NCBI GenBank assembly: GCA_964614615.1
Contig: CAZTLT010000001.1
Coordinates: 4,745 to 68,744, forward strand
Source of the DNA: an uncultured Aquiluna sp.
GTDB lineage: Bacteria; Actinomycetota; Actinomycetes; Actinomycetales; Microbacteriaceae
DNA: 64,000 nucleotides
Direction of reading: 5' to 3'
Positions 34,663 to 44,609 of the stretch are shown here, piece by piece. The notes under the pieces were generated by a model that saw only the letters and a program-made list of their open reading frames with translations, was not told where the DNA came from and did no database searches. The position numbers and the translations under genes were made by a program. Positions within the stretch are counted from its first letter, which is position 1. Each line of letters opens with the position of its first letter.

Positions 34663-35995
34663 TCTTTATCTCTTCGAGTCTTTGAAGGGACTCCGCTCTT
34701 TCCTGGTCGTGATCGACGATGCGCTCCGGATAGCCATTGACATAGCCATCGATTAGGTTCCATGGCTCATGCACCAAATCTCCTTGAACATGCTGGAGCT
34801 CGGGGACCCATTTCCGAACATAATTTCCGGTGGGGTCAAATTTCTTGCCCTGGAGAATTGGGTTGAATATTCGGTAATAGGGCGACGCATCAGTACCGCA
34901 ACCAGCGGTCCACTGCCAGCCGTGAGAATTTGATGCAGGATCAAAATCAGTTAGGTGTCTTTCAAAAAACTCTGCACCGTGCTGCCATTCAACGTGCAAA
35001 TCCTTCACAAGGAAGCTCGCAACAATCATCCGTGAGCGATTATGCATCCAGCCGGATTGCACAAGCTGACGCATAGCCGCATCGACTATTGGGTAGCCAG
35101 TCCTTCCTTCTTGCCATGCTTTAAACTTGAGCGAGTCGGGCTGGTCGTAACGCATGTTCTCAAACCGAGGCTCGTAGTATTCAGTCAATGTGTGTGGGTT
35201 GTGAAACAAGACATCGGCATAAAACTCGCGCCAAGCTATTTCTTTGCGAAAAACTTCCTCGCCAGGACTAGTACCAAGTTCTGCCAGCAGGGTTCGGGGA
35301 TGAATTTCACCGTGGGCCAGAGCATGGGATAAGTGAGATGTCCCTGATAAATCCGTTCGATTCCTATCATCGTGATAGTTCATGAGCGCTCGTTCTTTGA
35401 ACCTCTCCCATGTCCGAATCGCAAAATCCTCCGAAGCTCTAACCGGAAAGGGTGTTTCCCCCTGGACTTTAGGCAACTCGGCTGGAGAAACCCGCTTCCA
35501 ATTTACTTTTTGAACGTCGAGCTGAAACGGTTGGCCCCAGTCAATAACAGACCAACGCTTGTAGAAAGGTGTGTATACCCGAAGGGGAGAGCCGTCGTCT
35601 TTTCGCACAGTGCCAGGCACAACTGCGTAATAGCTTCCGACCAAATTTAGGGAAACACCTATTGCGTGCAACCTCTCGGCAAGATCTGCCTGCTCAAGCA
35701 TTCCCTGGGTGTCAAAAGCTCTCGTTGCTACAACGCGTTCAATTGCATTCTTCTTTGCAAATTCCTCAATTTGACTTGCAGGATCTCCAAATAGGTTGTT
35801 TATGCCCGTTGGGATGCTCGCGGACAGGCTCCTAACTGATTCCACCAAGGAAGCCTGTCGCAGTGGAGTGAGATCTTTTAGATTCTCGGGAAAAACGTAT
35901 AGGGGATGAACCTCAGATGACCCTAGGGCAGCGAAATTTAGGGCCTCGTTATCCTGCAGTCTTCGATCCCGCCTAAACCAGAAAATGGTTTTCAT
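34652..35995 (-). CDS. phrB: Deoxyribodipyrimidine photolyase (CPD photolyase/cryptochrome family)
   Basis: WFRRDRRLQDN, WREFY, GRTGYPIVDAAMRQL, GWMHNRSRMIVASFL, DFDPASNSHGWQW; ATGA overlap with ctaA stop sets the start at 35995. Confidence 0.93.
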   Translation of the reverse strand: MKTIFWFRRDRRLQDNEALNFAALGSSEVHPLYVFPENLKDLTPLRQASLVESVRSLSASIPTGINNLFGDPASQIEEFAKKNAIERVVATRAFDTQGMLEQADLAERLHAIGVSLNLVGSYYAVVPGTVRKDDGSPLRVYTPFYKRWSVIDWGQPFQLDVQKVNWKRVSPAELPKVQGETPFPVRASEDFAIRTWERFKERALMNYHDDRNRTDLSGTSHLSHALAHGEIHPRTLLAELGTSPGEEVFRKEIAWREFYADVLFHNPHTLTEYYEPRFENMRYDQPDSLKFKAWQEGRTGYPIVDAAMRQLVQSGWMHNRSRMIVASFLVKDLHVEWQHGAEFFERHLTDFDPASNSHGWQWTAGCGTDASPYYRIFNPILQGKKFDPTGNYVRKWVPELQHVQGDLVHEPWNLIDGYVNGYPERIVDHDQERAESLQRLEEIKTKA

Positions 35996-37080
35996 GATGT
36001 TTGCCGAAGAATGAGAAATTGGAATGTCGTAAGCGCCGCGAGCGCGGCTGCACCAAACATATGAAGAGCCACGAGCCACTCGGGTACCCCAAGACGAGCT
36101 TGTGCAACACCAATCACAGCCTGGGCGATTGTTACTATCAAGAATATTGTTAGAACCCGCGAAGGTAGTTGCGACCAGAAGGTGCCCGACTGCCGAAACT
36201 GCGCGACCCAGGCAAGCGCAACAAGACCCAGCATGATGTATCCGGGGTATGAATGGAAGTGCTGCCACAGCTCGAGGTCTAAACCATTTCTCGGTGTATC
36301 AGAATCACCTGCATGCGGTCCTGCGCCCGTAACTAAAACACCCATGACGATGGTCACTATGGAAGCCAAGGTAGTTGGGAAACGCAATTTACTCGCGATA
36401 TTTGAAGCTGGGCCACTCGGCTTAGCCAGTGCTCGAAAAACCAGCACTGCAGCGAGGGAAATCAAAACGGCCGAAATTAAGAAATGCAATCCGACGATCC
36501 AGGAGTTTAATTCTGTCAAAACAGTGATACCGCCAACAACGGCCTGAAGGACAATTCCAAAGCCAAGTCCAAAGGCTGGAACGACCAGACTTCTCTTATC
36601 AGACCGGCGGGCAACCACTATGAATGTGATGGCTAGGACCAACATTCCCACACTGGCAGTTACTAAAACAGAAATCGAGGCTAGATCTATCGAACCAACC
36701 GCCAAGGCAAGGCCAAGAACAAATAGCACAACAAAGCTAAAGAATCCGAACGTTAGCCTGGAGAGCAGAGCCCTATCGTCTCGCATTCGAAGCACCGTCA
36801 AAAAAGTCAAAGCCGCAACGATTAAGAGTACGAAGGTGAGAACACGATTTCCGAATTCAATCAGCCCATGAATTCCCATTTCAGGAGTGGAAACAAGAGA
36901 ATCATCGGTGCACTTTGGCCAGGTTGGGCAACCCAAACCGGATCCCGTTAATCGAACCAGTCCACCTGTCACAACAATCAAAATTTGCGTAGCCAGGGAA
37001 AGCCAGACATAAAGGCGCAGGCGCTTGGGAGCTACCAGAGCAGAAAATGCTCGTGAAATCGGGTTGGCAACCAAGGTCAA
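35992..37080 (-). CDS. ctaA: Heme A synthase (COX15/CtaA family)
   Basis: TGGLVRLTGSGLGCPTWPKC, IEFGNR, VTGAGPHAGD and conserved His residues; polytopic membrane protein. Confidence 0.92.
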   Translation of the reverse strand: MTLVANPISRAFSALVAPKRLRLYVWLSLATQILIVVTGGLVRLTGSGLGCPTWPKCTDDSLVSTPEMGIHGLIEFGNRVLTFVLLIVAALTFLTVLRMRDDRALLSRLTFGFFSFVVLFVLGLALAVGSIDLASISVLVTASVGMLVLAITFIVVARRSDKRSLVVPAFGLGFGIVLQAVVGGITVLTELNSWIVGLHFLISAVLISLAAVLVFRALAKPSGPASNIASKLRFPTTLASIVTIVMGVLVTGAGPHAGDSDTPRNGLDLELWQHFHSYPGYIMLGLVALAWVAQFRQSGTFWSQLPSRVLTIFLIVTIAQAVIGVAQARLGVPEWLVALHMFGAAALAALTTFQFLILRQTS

Positions 37081-37163
37081 CTTAGGTAATCCTTACTAGT
37101 TTTCTTGCTGATCTAGAAATAGCCTAGAGGCCTCTCCCTCAAGTCTCTCATGGCTTAGCTTCA

Positions 37164-37189
37164 GGAATACCGAGAACCCTAGGGGGTTG
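37164..37189 (+). promoter_or_regulatory. Candidate SigH/SigR-type ECF promoter of the suf operon
   Basis: GGAAT-N17-GTTG, 25 nt before the sufB start; AGGAGG RBS follows. Confidence 0.55.
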
Positions 37190-37214
37190 TACTTACGGAA
37201 GTAGGAGGTACTAA

Positions 37215-38633
37215 GTGTCTGAAAAAATCATTGATCGCCCTGAGCTTGATGCCCTGGGAAACTATGAATTTGGCTGGTCCGACAAGGACACCGCTGGTGC
37301 CTCGGCTCGACGAGGCATTAGCGAAGAAGTTGTTCGCGACATTTCAGGGCTCAAGAGTGAGCCTGAATGGATGCTGGAGCGTCGACTGAAGGGCTATGAG
37401 TTCTTCCTCAGAAAGCCGATGCCCACCTGGGGATCAGACCTGTCTGGAATTCATTTTGACAACATCAAGTATTTTGTGCGCTCTACTGAGCGACAGGCGC
37501 AAACCTGGGAAGACCTACCGGAAGACATCAGAAACACTTATGAACGACTTGGCATTCCAGAGGCAGAGCGCCAAAGACTAGTCGCAGGTGTAGCAGCACA
37601 GTACGAATCCGAGGTTGTTTACCATCAGATTCGAGAGGATTTAGAAGCTCAGGGAGTGATCTTCTTAGACACTGACACAGCTCTAAAAGAACACCCGGAG
37701 TACTTCAAGGAATATTTCGGAACCGTTATCCCTGCCGGAGACAACAAGTTTGCTGCCCTAAACACAGCTGTTTGGTCTGGTGGATCATTTGTCTACGTGC
37801 CTAAGGGTGTGCACGTTGAAATCCCCTTACAGGCATATTTCCGAATCAACACCGAGAACATGGGACAGTTTGAGAGAACCCTAATCATTGCCGACGAAGG
37901 TTCCTACGTTCACTACATCGAAGGCTGTACAGCGCCGGTCTACCAATCAGATTCGCTACACAGTGCTGTAGTGGAAATAATTGTTAAGAAAAATGCTCGG
38001 GTTCGCTACACCACAATTCAAAATTGGTCTAACAACGTCTACAACTTGGTGACAAAGCGTGCGATTGCCCACGAGGGTGCGACCATGGAATGGATAGATG
38101 GAAACATTGGCTCCAAGGTGACTATGAAGTACCCAAGCGTTATCCTCGCCGGAGAACACGCCAGGGGAGAGACCCTCTCGGTGGCATTCGCCGGAGAAGG
38201 TCAACACCAAGACGCTGGCGCAAAGATGATTCACCTTGCTCCCTACACCACGAGCTCAATTGTTTCTAAGTCAATTGCGAGAGCCGGGGGAAGAACCTCA
38301 TATCGAGGTGAAATCAGGGTTAATCCTGGTGCTCACCATTCGGCTAATACAGTCCGCTGCGATGCTCTTTTGGTAGACACAATTTCTCGATCCGATACCT
38401 ACCCTGCTAACGACATTAGAGAAGATGATGTTTCGATGGGACACGAGGCCACTGTTTCCCAAATCAGTGCCGAGCAGCTTTTCTACTTGCAGTCACGGGG
38501 TATCGAAGAAGATGAAGCCATGGCGATGATTGTGCGCGGATTTATCGAACCCATCGCTAAGGAATTGCCAATGGAATATGCCCTTGAGCTGAACAAGTTG
38601 ATTGAGATGCAGATGGAAGGGGCAGTCGGATAG
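37215..38633 (+). CDS. sufB: Fe-S cluster assembly protein SufB
   Basis: [30 protein letters not shown]. Confidence 0.97.
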   Translation: MSEKIIDRPELDALGNYEFGWSDKDTAGASARRGISEEVVRDISGLKSEPEWMLERRLKGYEFFLRKPMPTWGSDLSGIHFDNIKYFVRSTERQAQTWEDLPEDIRNTYERLGIPEAERQRLVAGVAAQYESEVVYHQIREDLEAQGVIFLDTDTALKEHPEYFKEYFGTVIPAGDNKFAALNTAVWSGGSFVYVPKGVHVEIPLQAYFRINTENMGQFERTLIIADEGSYVHYIEGCTAPVYQSDSLHSAVVEIIVKKNARVRYTTIQNWSNNVYNLVTKRAIAHEGATMEWIDGNIGSKVTMKYPSVILAGEHARGETLSVAFAGEGQHQDAGAKMIHLAPYTTSSIVSKSIARAGGRTSYRGEIRVNPGAHHSANTVRCDALLVDTISRSDTYPANDIREDDVSMGHEATVSQISAEQLFYLQSRGIEEDEAMAMIVRGFIEPIAKELPMEYALELNKLIEMQMEGAVG

Positions 38634-39787
38634 TGAGTCAACAAGAAGTAGCAGCGCACTCACACGGTGTTCCAATTCAAACCAGAAGCGAAAGACCTAA
38701 GTCGACAACTGTCTCAGATTTTCCTGAAATTTCAAAGACCCAAGAGATTTGGCGCTACATTCCTCAGGATAAATTACGCGGACTCGACAGCGAGGTAATG
38801 AGTGAAATCCGCCAGGATGACGTTGAGCTGACTCTCAGTGATCGCCTAATGAGCAACTGGATAGATTCCTCCGACCCTCTAGTTGGTTCTGCAGGCTTGC
38901 CCGAAGACAGGATTTCGGCTGCCGCCTGGACCAATGCCTCAAAGTCTCTCCTGATCGAAGTGCCAGCAAACACTGAGATTGCCGAACCACAGTTTGTGAA
39001 GATATCGCCATCTTCAAAAGAGGCAACTGCTGCACACATTCTTGTTCACGTGAAGAATCACTCAAAGCTCACGATGGTGCTCGATCATGTTGGTACTGGA
39101 GTCTTGGCAGAAAACGTTGAGATCGTGTTAGAGGACGGCTCGGAGCTGAACTTTGTCAGCCTGCAGGAATGGGAGAGCGGCTCAACTCACATTTCAACCC
39201 AATTTGCAAGACTTGGCCGCTCTAGCAAGCTAAAACACATAGTTGTAAACATTGGCGGAGACCTTGTTCGAGTGGTGCCGGCCGTGAAACTTGATTCTCC
39301 CGGTGCCGAAGTGAACATGTATGGCGTCTACCTTGCCGATAGCGGTAACTATTTCGAGCACAGACCATATGTGGACCACATTGCGGAGAACTGTGTCTCT
39401 AACGTTGCCTACAAAGGTGCTTTGCAGGGAGCAGGTGCCCACACGGTTTGGGTTGGGGATGTATTGATTCGCGAGAGCGCAGTTGGAACAGATACCTACG
39501 AGTTGAATCGCAACCTGCTGCTAGTTGATGGCGCGAGAGCCGATTCGGTTCCAAACCTCGAAATCGAAACCGGAAAAATTTCGGGAGCAGGGCACGCCAG
39601 TGCTTCAGGTCGCTTTGACGACCTGCAGCTTTTCTACTTGATGGCAAGAGGAATTGATGAGGTCTCAGCGAAGAAACTGGTGGTCCGTGGCTTTCTGAAC
39701 GAAATCATTCAGAAAATTGAAATTGATGAAGTTGAGCAGCGACTCATTTCAGGTATTGAGGCTGAGCTAGAGAAAGTTGGCAGCTAA
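38633..39787 (+). CDS. sufD: Fe-S cluster assembly protein SufD
   Basis: EIWRY, ADSVPNLEIETG, GHASASG, LFYLMARG. Confidence 0.95.
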   Translation: MSQQEVAAHSHGVPIQTRSERPKSTTVSDFPEISKTQEIWRYIPQDKLRGLDSEVMSEIRQDDVELTLSDRLMSNWIDSSDPLVGSAGLPEDRISAAAWTNASKSLLIEVPANTEIAEPQFVKISPSSKEATAAHILVHVKNHSKLTMVLDHVGTGVLAENVEIVLEDGSELNFVSLQEWESGSTHISTQFARLGRSSKLKHIVVNIGGDLVRVVPAVKLDSPGAEVNMYGVYLADSGNYFEHRPYVDHIAENCVSNVAYKGALQGAGAHTVWVGDVLIRESAVGTDTYELNRNLLLVDGARADSVPNLEIETGKISGAGHASASGRFDDLQLFYLMARGIDEVSAKKLVVRGFLNEIIQKIEIDEVEQRLISGIEAELEKVGS

Positions 39788-40098
39788 TGGCAGTAAGAAT
39801 CTGTGCACTTGCTGACCTGAAGCCAGGCAAGGCAATCCGGGTGAAGATTGGTGAACATGCACTAGCAATCATCCGAACACCGAACGGAGACGTGAAAGCG
39901 CTAGATGACAAGTGTTCTCACGGAGAGATTTCACTTTCAGAGGGTTTTGTAGATAACGAAACTATCGAGTGCTGGGCCCACGGTGCAAAGTTCGATCTAA
40001 ACACGGGTAAGCCCCTGTCTCTTCCTGCCTATGAACCTGTTGGTACTTATGAGGTTTTGATTGAGAACGATGAAATTTTTGTTGAGTACGAAGGATAG
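39787..40098 (+). CDS. Rieske-type ferredoxin
   Basis: CSH...CWAHG Rieske ligand set; lies within the suf operon. Confidence 0.93.
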   Translation: MAVRICALADLKPGKAIRVKIGEHALAIIRTPNGDVKALDDKCSHGEISLSEGFVDNETIECWAHGAKFDLNTGKPLSLPAYEPVGTYEVLIENDEIFVEYEG

Positions 40099-40109
40099 TA
40101 AGGAAGAGA

Positions 40110-40868
40110 ATGTCGACACTAGAGATTAAGAATCTGCACGTATCGGTCATCACCGACCAAGGCAACAAGCAGATCTTGAATGGGATTGATCTGACCATAA
40201 AATCTGGCGAAATACACGCCATCATGGGACCGAATGGTTCAGGAAAGTCGACTCTTGCCTACTCCGTCGCGGGTCATCCAAAGTATGAAGTGACCGATGG
40301 AGAAATCTTGCTGGACGGCGAGAACGTTCTAGAAATGAGCGTTGATGAGCGTGCGAGAGCAGGGCTATTTCTTGCCATGCAATATCCGGTTGAAGTACCG
40401 GGGGTATCCGTATCAAATTTCCTAAGAACCGCAAAGACCGCCATCAGCGGTGAGGCGCCAAAGCTCAGAGAGTGGGTTGGTGAACTCAAGACAGCAATGG
40501 GCAACCTAAGGATGGACCCAGACTTCACTGAACGAAACGTCAATGAGGGTTTCTCCGGCGGCGAGAAGAAGCGTCATGAGATTTTGCAACTGGAGCTACT
40601 GAAGCCAAAGATTGCTATCTTGGATGAAACCGACTCTGGTCTTGATGTTGACGCTCTAAGAATCGTTTCTGAGGGTGTGAACCGTGCACACGCCAGTAAC
40701 AACCTAGGCATACTTCTAATTACTCACTACACCCGTATTTTGAACTACATCAAGCCCGATTTCGTTCACGTTTTCGTTAATGGCAAAGTGGCTGAACAAG
40801 GTGGCGCGGAACTTGCAGCAAGGCTTGAGAACGAAGGTTACGACCGCTTCCTAAAGGCCTCTGCATGA
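40110..40868 (+). CDS. sufC: Fe-S assembly ATPase SufC
   Basis: MGPNGSGKST, NEGFSGGEKKR, LDETDSGLD, ITHY. Confidence 0.97.
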   Translation: MSTLEIKNLHVSVITDQGNKQILNGIDLTIKSGEIHAIMGPNGSGKSTLAYSVAGHPKYEVTDGEILLDGENVLEMSVDERARAGLFLAMQYPVEVPGVSVSNFLRTAKTAISGEAPKLREWVGELKTAMGNLRMDPDFTERNVNEGFSGGEKKRHEILQLELLKPKIAILDETDSGLDVDALRIVSEGVNRAHASNNLGILLITHYTRILNYIKPDFVHVFVNGKVAEQGGAELAARLENEGYDRFLKASA

Positions 40869-41194
40869 ATGCTAAAGAGCTCCCCGCGGCTAAGTATGAC
40901 GAAGTGATCGAGGCGATGAAGAACATCATCGATCCGGAGATAGGTGTCAACATCGTCGATCTAGGCCTGATTTATGGTCTTCAGGAGTCCGAGGACGGCG
41001 CCTTGCTGATAAACATGACTCTCACCTCAGCGGGCTGTCCGCTAACGGATGTCATCGAAGAGCAGACAGCGGAAGCGCTGGACGGCGTAGTGGAAGCGTT
41101 TCGGATCAACTGGGTTTGGATGCCGCCATGGGGTCCAGAGAAAATTACCGAGGATGGGCGCGAAATGATGCGCGCTATCGGTTTTTCTATTTAG
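40865..41194 (+). CDS. sufT: Metal-sulfur cluster assembly factor (DUF59/SufT)
   Basis: DPEIGVNIVDLGLIY, MTLTSAGCP, WMPPW. Confidence 0.9.
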   Translation: MNAKELPAAKYDEVIEAMKNIIDPEIGVNIVDLGLIYGLQESEDGALLINMTLTSAGCPLTDVIEEQTAEALDGVVEAFRINWVWMPPWGPEKITEDGREMMRAIGFSI

Positions 41195-41744
41195 TGAATT
41201 TCCAGGCCGTTGGCAATACAGCTGCCGCGAGCAACGCCTTAGCGGCATCACCGACTAAGAATGGAATAACTCCAGCTAGCAGGGCCTGCTGGACATCCAT
41301 GCCTAGTCCCAGGATCAACCAACCGGCGCCAAATAGATAAATGATTGCGCTTCCAGCAAGAAAACTTAGGAGTACGGCAACAGGCTGTCGGACAAAACCA
41401 CGATTCGCCAAAAGACCGACTATGACAGCCGCAACGGCAAAGCCGACCAGGTAACCAGCAGTTGGAAGGACTTGGCTCAAGGCTTTTGCCCCGGCAAAAA
41501 CGGGCAGTCCAGCTGCTCCCATTGCAACATAAAGACCCATCGAGGAAAGCGCGCGCCATGGTCCCATTGCAGCCGCAATCAGCAAAACAGCGAAAGTTTG
41601 CAAGGTCATTGGTACTGGATACATTGGGATTTGAATTTGGGCTAACAGCGCTGTCAAGCCCGCTCCTGCAGAAATTAAGACTAAGTCAGTTACTCGACTG
41701 CGAGGAACAACTCGATCAATCAAACTAACCTGCAGAACGCTCAT
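41187..41744 (-). CDS. bioY: Biotin transporter S-component BioY
   Basis: PVPMTLQTFAV, GLPVFAG, PTAGYLVGF, PFLVGDAAKA. Confidence 0.93.
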   Translation of the reverse strand: MSVLQVSLIDRVVPRSRVTDLVLISAGAGLTALLAQIQIPMYPVPMTLQTFAVLLIAAAMGPWRALSSMGLYVAMGAAGLPVFAGAKALSQVLPTAGYLVGFAVAAVIVGLLANRGFVRQPVAVLLSFLAGSAIIYLFGAGWLILGLGMDVQQALLAGVIPFLVGDAAKALLAAAVLPTAWKFTK

Positions 41745-41770
41745 TGCTTTCCCTTCGTTATGCCAAAAGC

Positions 41771-42571
41771 CTACTGGTTGGCGTCCTCAAATTCAGCATC
41801 TCTATCCGCTTGACCTTTTCTACGAGACTTCTTGGGTAGCTCGCCGCGAGCCTCGGCTGCCAGTTTCTTATCGTTTCGGTAGGCCCAAATAAAAGCTCCA
41901 AATGCCATCAAACCGAAAATAATCCACTGGATGGCATAAGAGAGGTGATTTCCTTCGTTGAGACTTGGTTTGGGCATCGGTAACGGAATTTTCGCATTGG
42001 CTGGTGCTTCAGAGACTAATCTGCCGTAGTAATCGGTAATTACCCTGTCTGTGCCAAGCCGAAGCGCAATCTCAGTCAGATCTATGGATGCCAAAGTATC
42101 AGTTTGTTCCCGACCTAAGTCTTGCTCACCTGCCCGCACTCTAACAATTAATTGATAACTACCCGCAGCAGGTTTGGGATTAGATTGTGGCTGTGTCAGG
42201 CGAGAGGCGGCAGCAAGCCACCCTCTTTCAACGACAAGAATCGAACCGTTGCTAAGTTGAAATGGAACAAGTTGCAAAAATCCAGCCTGGCCAGCTAGGG
42301 GACGATTGCGTACCAAAAAGACCTCTGGCAGATATTCGCCAGTCAAAGTGACTGGTCGCCATTCGAGTGAATTTGATTCCTCAGTCGCGTCCCAGTTGAG
42401 TTCCTCTATGGCTATCGGCTTTTGATCGTAGTTCTCCATAACCTGCTGAATTTGACTTACTCGCTCTTGCCGCCGCTCAAACTGCCAATTGCTCAATAGG
42501 GAGGTGGCAATGGCAAATAGCACAACCAGAGCCAGCCAGGGACCCCATCTTCTAATTGTGCTGTTTTTCAA
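41771..42571 (-). CDS. SURF1-family cytochrome oxidase biogenesis protein
   Basis: N-terminal TM then WQFERR, EWRPV..TGEY, VERGW, NHLSYAIQW and a second TM. Confidence 0.9.
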   Translation of the reverse strand: MKNSTIRRWGPWLALVVLFAIATSLLSNWQFERRQERVSQIQQVMENYDQKPIAIEELNWDATEESNSLEWRPVTLTGEYLPEVFLVRNRPLAGQAGFLQLVPFQLSNGSILVVERGWLAAASRLTQPQSNPKPAAGSYQLIVRVRAGEQDLGREQTDTLASIDLTEIALRLGTDRVITDYYGRLVSEAPANAKIPLPMPKPSLNEGNHLSYAIQWIIFGLMAFGAFIWAYRNDKKLAAEARGELPKKSRRKGQADRDAEFEDANQ

Positions 42572-42755
42572 TTTCTCTGGTCCTTAGAAAAAAATTACGG
42601 GCCGCTAGATAGTCAATCAGATACTCAGAGTGCTGATCACATGCGCCCCAGGTCTTGATTCGATCAGCAGAGTGGATCTTCGGATTGCGCCAATCAAGCA
42701 ATTTCACGGCAGGTTTACTACAGCCAGCACGAGAGCACTTGCTGTGTTCAGTCAA
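42552..42755 (-). CDS. Small conserved actinobacterial Cys/His protein (hypothetical)
   Basis: 67 aa, CSRAGC...WRNPKIH...KTWGACDQH; overlaps both neighbours in the operon. Confidence 0.75.
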   Translation of the reverse strand: MTEHSKCSRAGCSKPAVKLLDWRNPKIHSADRIKTWGACDQHSEYLIDYLAARNFFLRTREIEKQHN

Positions 42756-43029
42756 TTTTCATTTCATTCGCCGAAATCGTCACCTTTGGGGCTAGTCGCT
42801 CGCTTTGGCTCTTGCTTCGACCACCCTGAGCATTGGCCATAACTACCGCAAAATAGGGAAGAAATATTGCCAGGGCAAAAAAGATCCACATCCAGATTCC
42901 CGTTGAGATAACCCCCAGGACGATGCACAGGGTCCTAATCGTCATGGCCACGGAGTAGCGAATCATCCGCTGTTTACGCTCTTGTTCAGGCGAAAGCTCC
43001 AACGATGTGACGCTTTGCCGCTTTGCCAA
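42748..43029 (-). CDS. DUF3099-family membrane protein
   Basis: R..RY...M.IR..C and LPYFAVVMAN pattern; TTG start after AGGAG. Confidence 0.82.
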   Translation of the reverse strand: MAKRQSVTSLELSPEQERKQRMIRYSVAMTIRTLCIVLGVISTGIWMWIFFALAIFLPYFAVVMANAQGGRSKSQSERLAPKVTISANEMKID

Positions 43030-43108
43030 GTGAGCTCCTGTGGTTGAAAACAATAGACTTTCTAAACATAATGCTAAGCCGTCCTTAGTATTCCCAGAAA
43101 GGCCATAG

Positions 43109-43813
43109 ATGCAGAGAGTCGCCTTGGTCACCGGTGGAAATCGGGGGATTGGCTATGCCATTGCCCAAGAGCTGGTCTCTGCTGGTTTCAAAGTTGCAGT
43201 TACCGCCAGATCCGGCAAGGGTCCAGAGGGAACCATGACAGTGGTTGCCGACGTAACTGATTCCAATTCACTCGACGCCGCACTCACCGAGGTAGAACAA
43301 AAACTGGGAACAATAGAGGTCCTGGTGGCTAACGCTGGTATCACCAAAGATAATCTCTTGCTTCGGATGTCCGAGCAAGACTTTGAAGAAGTAGTAAACA
43401 CGAACCTAACTGGAGTCTTTAGGGTGATTAAGCGTGTTAGCAAGGGAATGCTCAAAGCAAAGTATGGTCGAATCATTCTTATAGGTTCCGTCGTTGGGCT
43501 ATTCGGAAGTGCTGGTCAGGCCAACTACTCAGCTAGTAAGAGCGCTCTAGTCGGTCTAGCGAGATCTATCACCCGTGAACTTGGTTCAAAAAACATTACT
43601 GCGAACGTAATTGCACCTGGGTTTATCAATACTGACATGACGGCGGCGCTTCCTGCTGATGTGGCAGAGAGCTATCGCTCCCAAATTCCCCTGGGAAGGT
43701 TCGCGGAGGCGGAAGAGGTGGCTAAGGTGGTCGCATGGTTTGCCTCCGAGCAGGCAAGTTACATCTCCGGGGCGGTTATCCCAGTGGATGGTGGCTTAGG
43801 CATGGGGCACTAG
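43109..43813 (+). CDS. fabG: 3-oxoacyl-ACP reductase
   Basis: TGGNRGIG, NAGITKD, YSASK, VDGGLGMGH. Confidence 0.96.
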   Translation: MQRVALVTGGNRGIGYAIAQELVSAGFKVAVTARSGKGPEGTMTVVADVTDSNSLDAALTEVEQKLGTIEVLVANAGITKDNLLLRMSEQDFEEVVNTNLTGVFRVIKRVSKGMLKAKYGRIILIGSVVGLFGSAGQANYSASKSALVGLARSITRELGSKNITANVIAPGFINTDMTAALPADVAESYRSQIPLGRFAEAEEVAKVVAWFASEQASYISGAVIPVDGGLGMGH

Positions 43814-43841
43814 TTATGGCAAGGATTAGAAGGGATTAGGG

Positions 43842-44609
43842 TTGGGAATTCTCGCGGGCAAGAAGATTTTAATTACAGGCGTTCTAACGGAAGCTTCGAT
43901 TGCTTTCGCAGCCGCAAGAATTGCGCAGGAGCAAGGTGCAGAAGTAGTTCTAAGCAGCTTCGGTCGCATGCTACCCATTACTCAGAAAATAGCTCAGCGA
44001 CTTCCAAAAGCGGTTCAGGTAATTGAACTTGACGCTACCAGTGGTGAAGATTTGGCTGCGCTGCCCGCTCGAATTCGAGAAACCGTGGGATCCCTAGACG
44101 GAATTGTTCACGCCATCGCCTTTGCCCCGCAAACCGCTCTAGGTGGGAACTTTCTCTCAACTGAGTGGAGCGACGTTTCCACTGCGGTGCAAGTCTCGGC
44201 TTATTCACTCAAATCGATAACTGTGGCCTGTCAGCCAGTACTTAACAATCCAAGTTCAGTAGTCGGTTTGACCTTTGACGCAACCATGTCCTGGCCTGTT
44301 TACGACTGGATGGGAGTCGCTAAGGCCGCGTTTGAGTCAACGGCAAGATATCTTGCACGTTACCTCGGCAAAGATGGCATCAGGGTCAACTTGGTTTCGG
44401 CAGGTCCGCTTAGAACGACCGCTGCAAAGGGGATTCCTGGATTTGCCACCATGGAAGAACTGTGGACGGATCGCGCTCCACTTGGTTGGAACCTGTCCGA
44501 CACTGAACCAGCGGCGAAAGCTTTGGTGGCGTTGCTTAGTGATTTCTTCCCTGCTACATCAGGTGAGATTATTCACGTCGATGGCGGGCTCCACTCAACC
44601 GGTGCCTAG
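43842..44609 (+). CDS. fabI: Enoyl-ACP reductase (FabI/InhA)
   Basis: GKKILITGV, YDWMGVAKA, AGPLRT; follows fabG as in mabA-inhA. Confidence 0.95.
   Translation: MGILAGKKILITGVLTEASIAFAAARIAQEQGAEVVLSSFGRMLPITQKIAQRLPKAVQVIELDATSGEDLAALPARIRETVGSLDGIVHAIAFAPQTALGGNFLSTEWSDVSTAVQVSAYSLKSITVACQPVLNNPSSVVGLTFDATMSWPVYDWMGVAKAAFESTARYLARYLGKDGIRVNLVSAGPLRTTAAKGIPGFATMEELWTDRAPLGWNLSDTEPAAKALVALLSDFFPATSGEIIHVDGGLHSTGA

Noticed and set aside
35996-36268. N-terminal extension of the 538-aa photolyase ORF (possible fusion)
   Set aside because: It is an alternative frame inside ctaA; photolyase motifs begin at MKTIFWFRRD with an ATGA overlap
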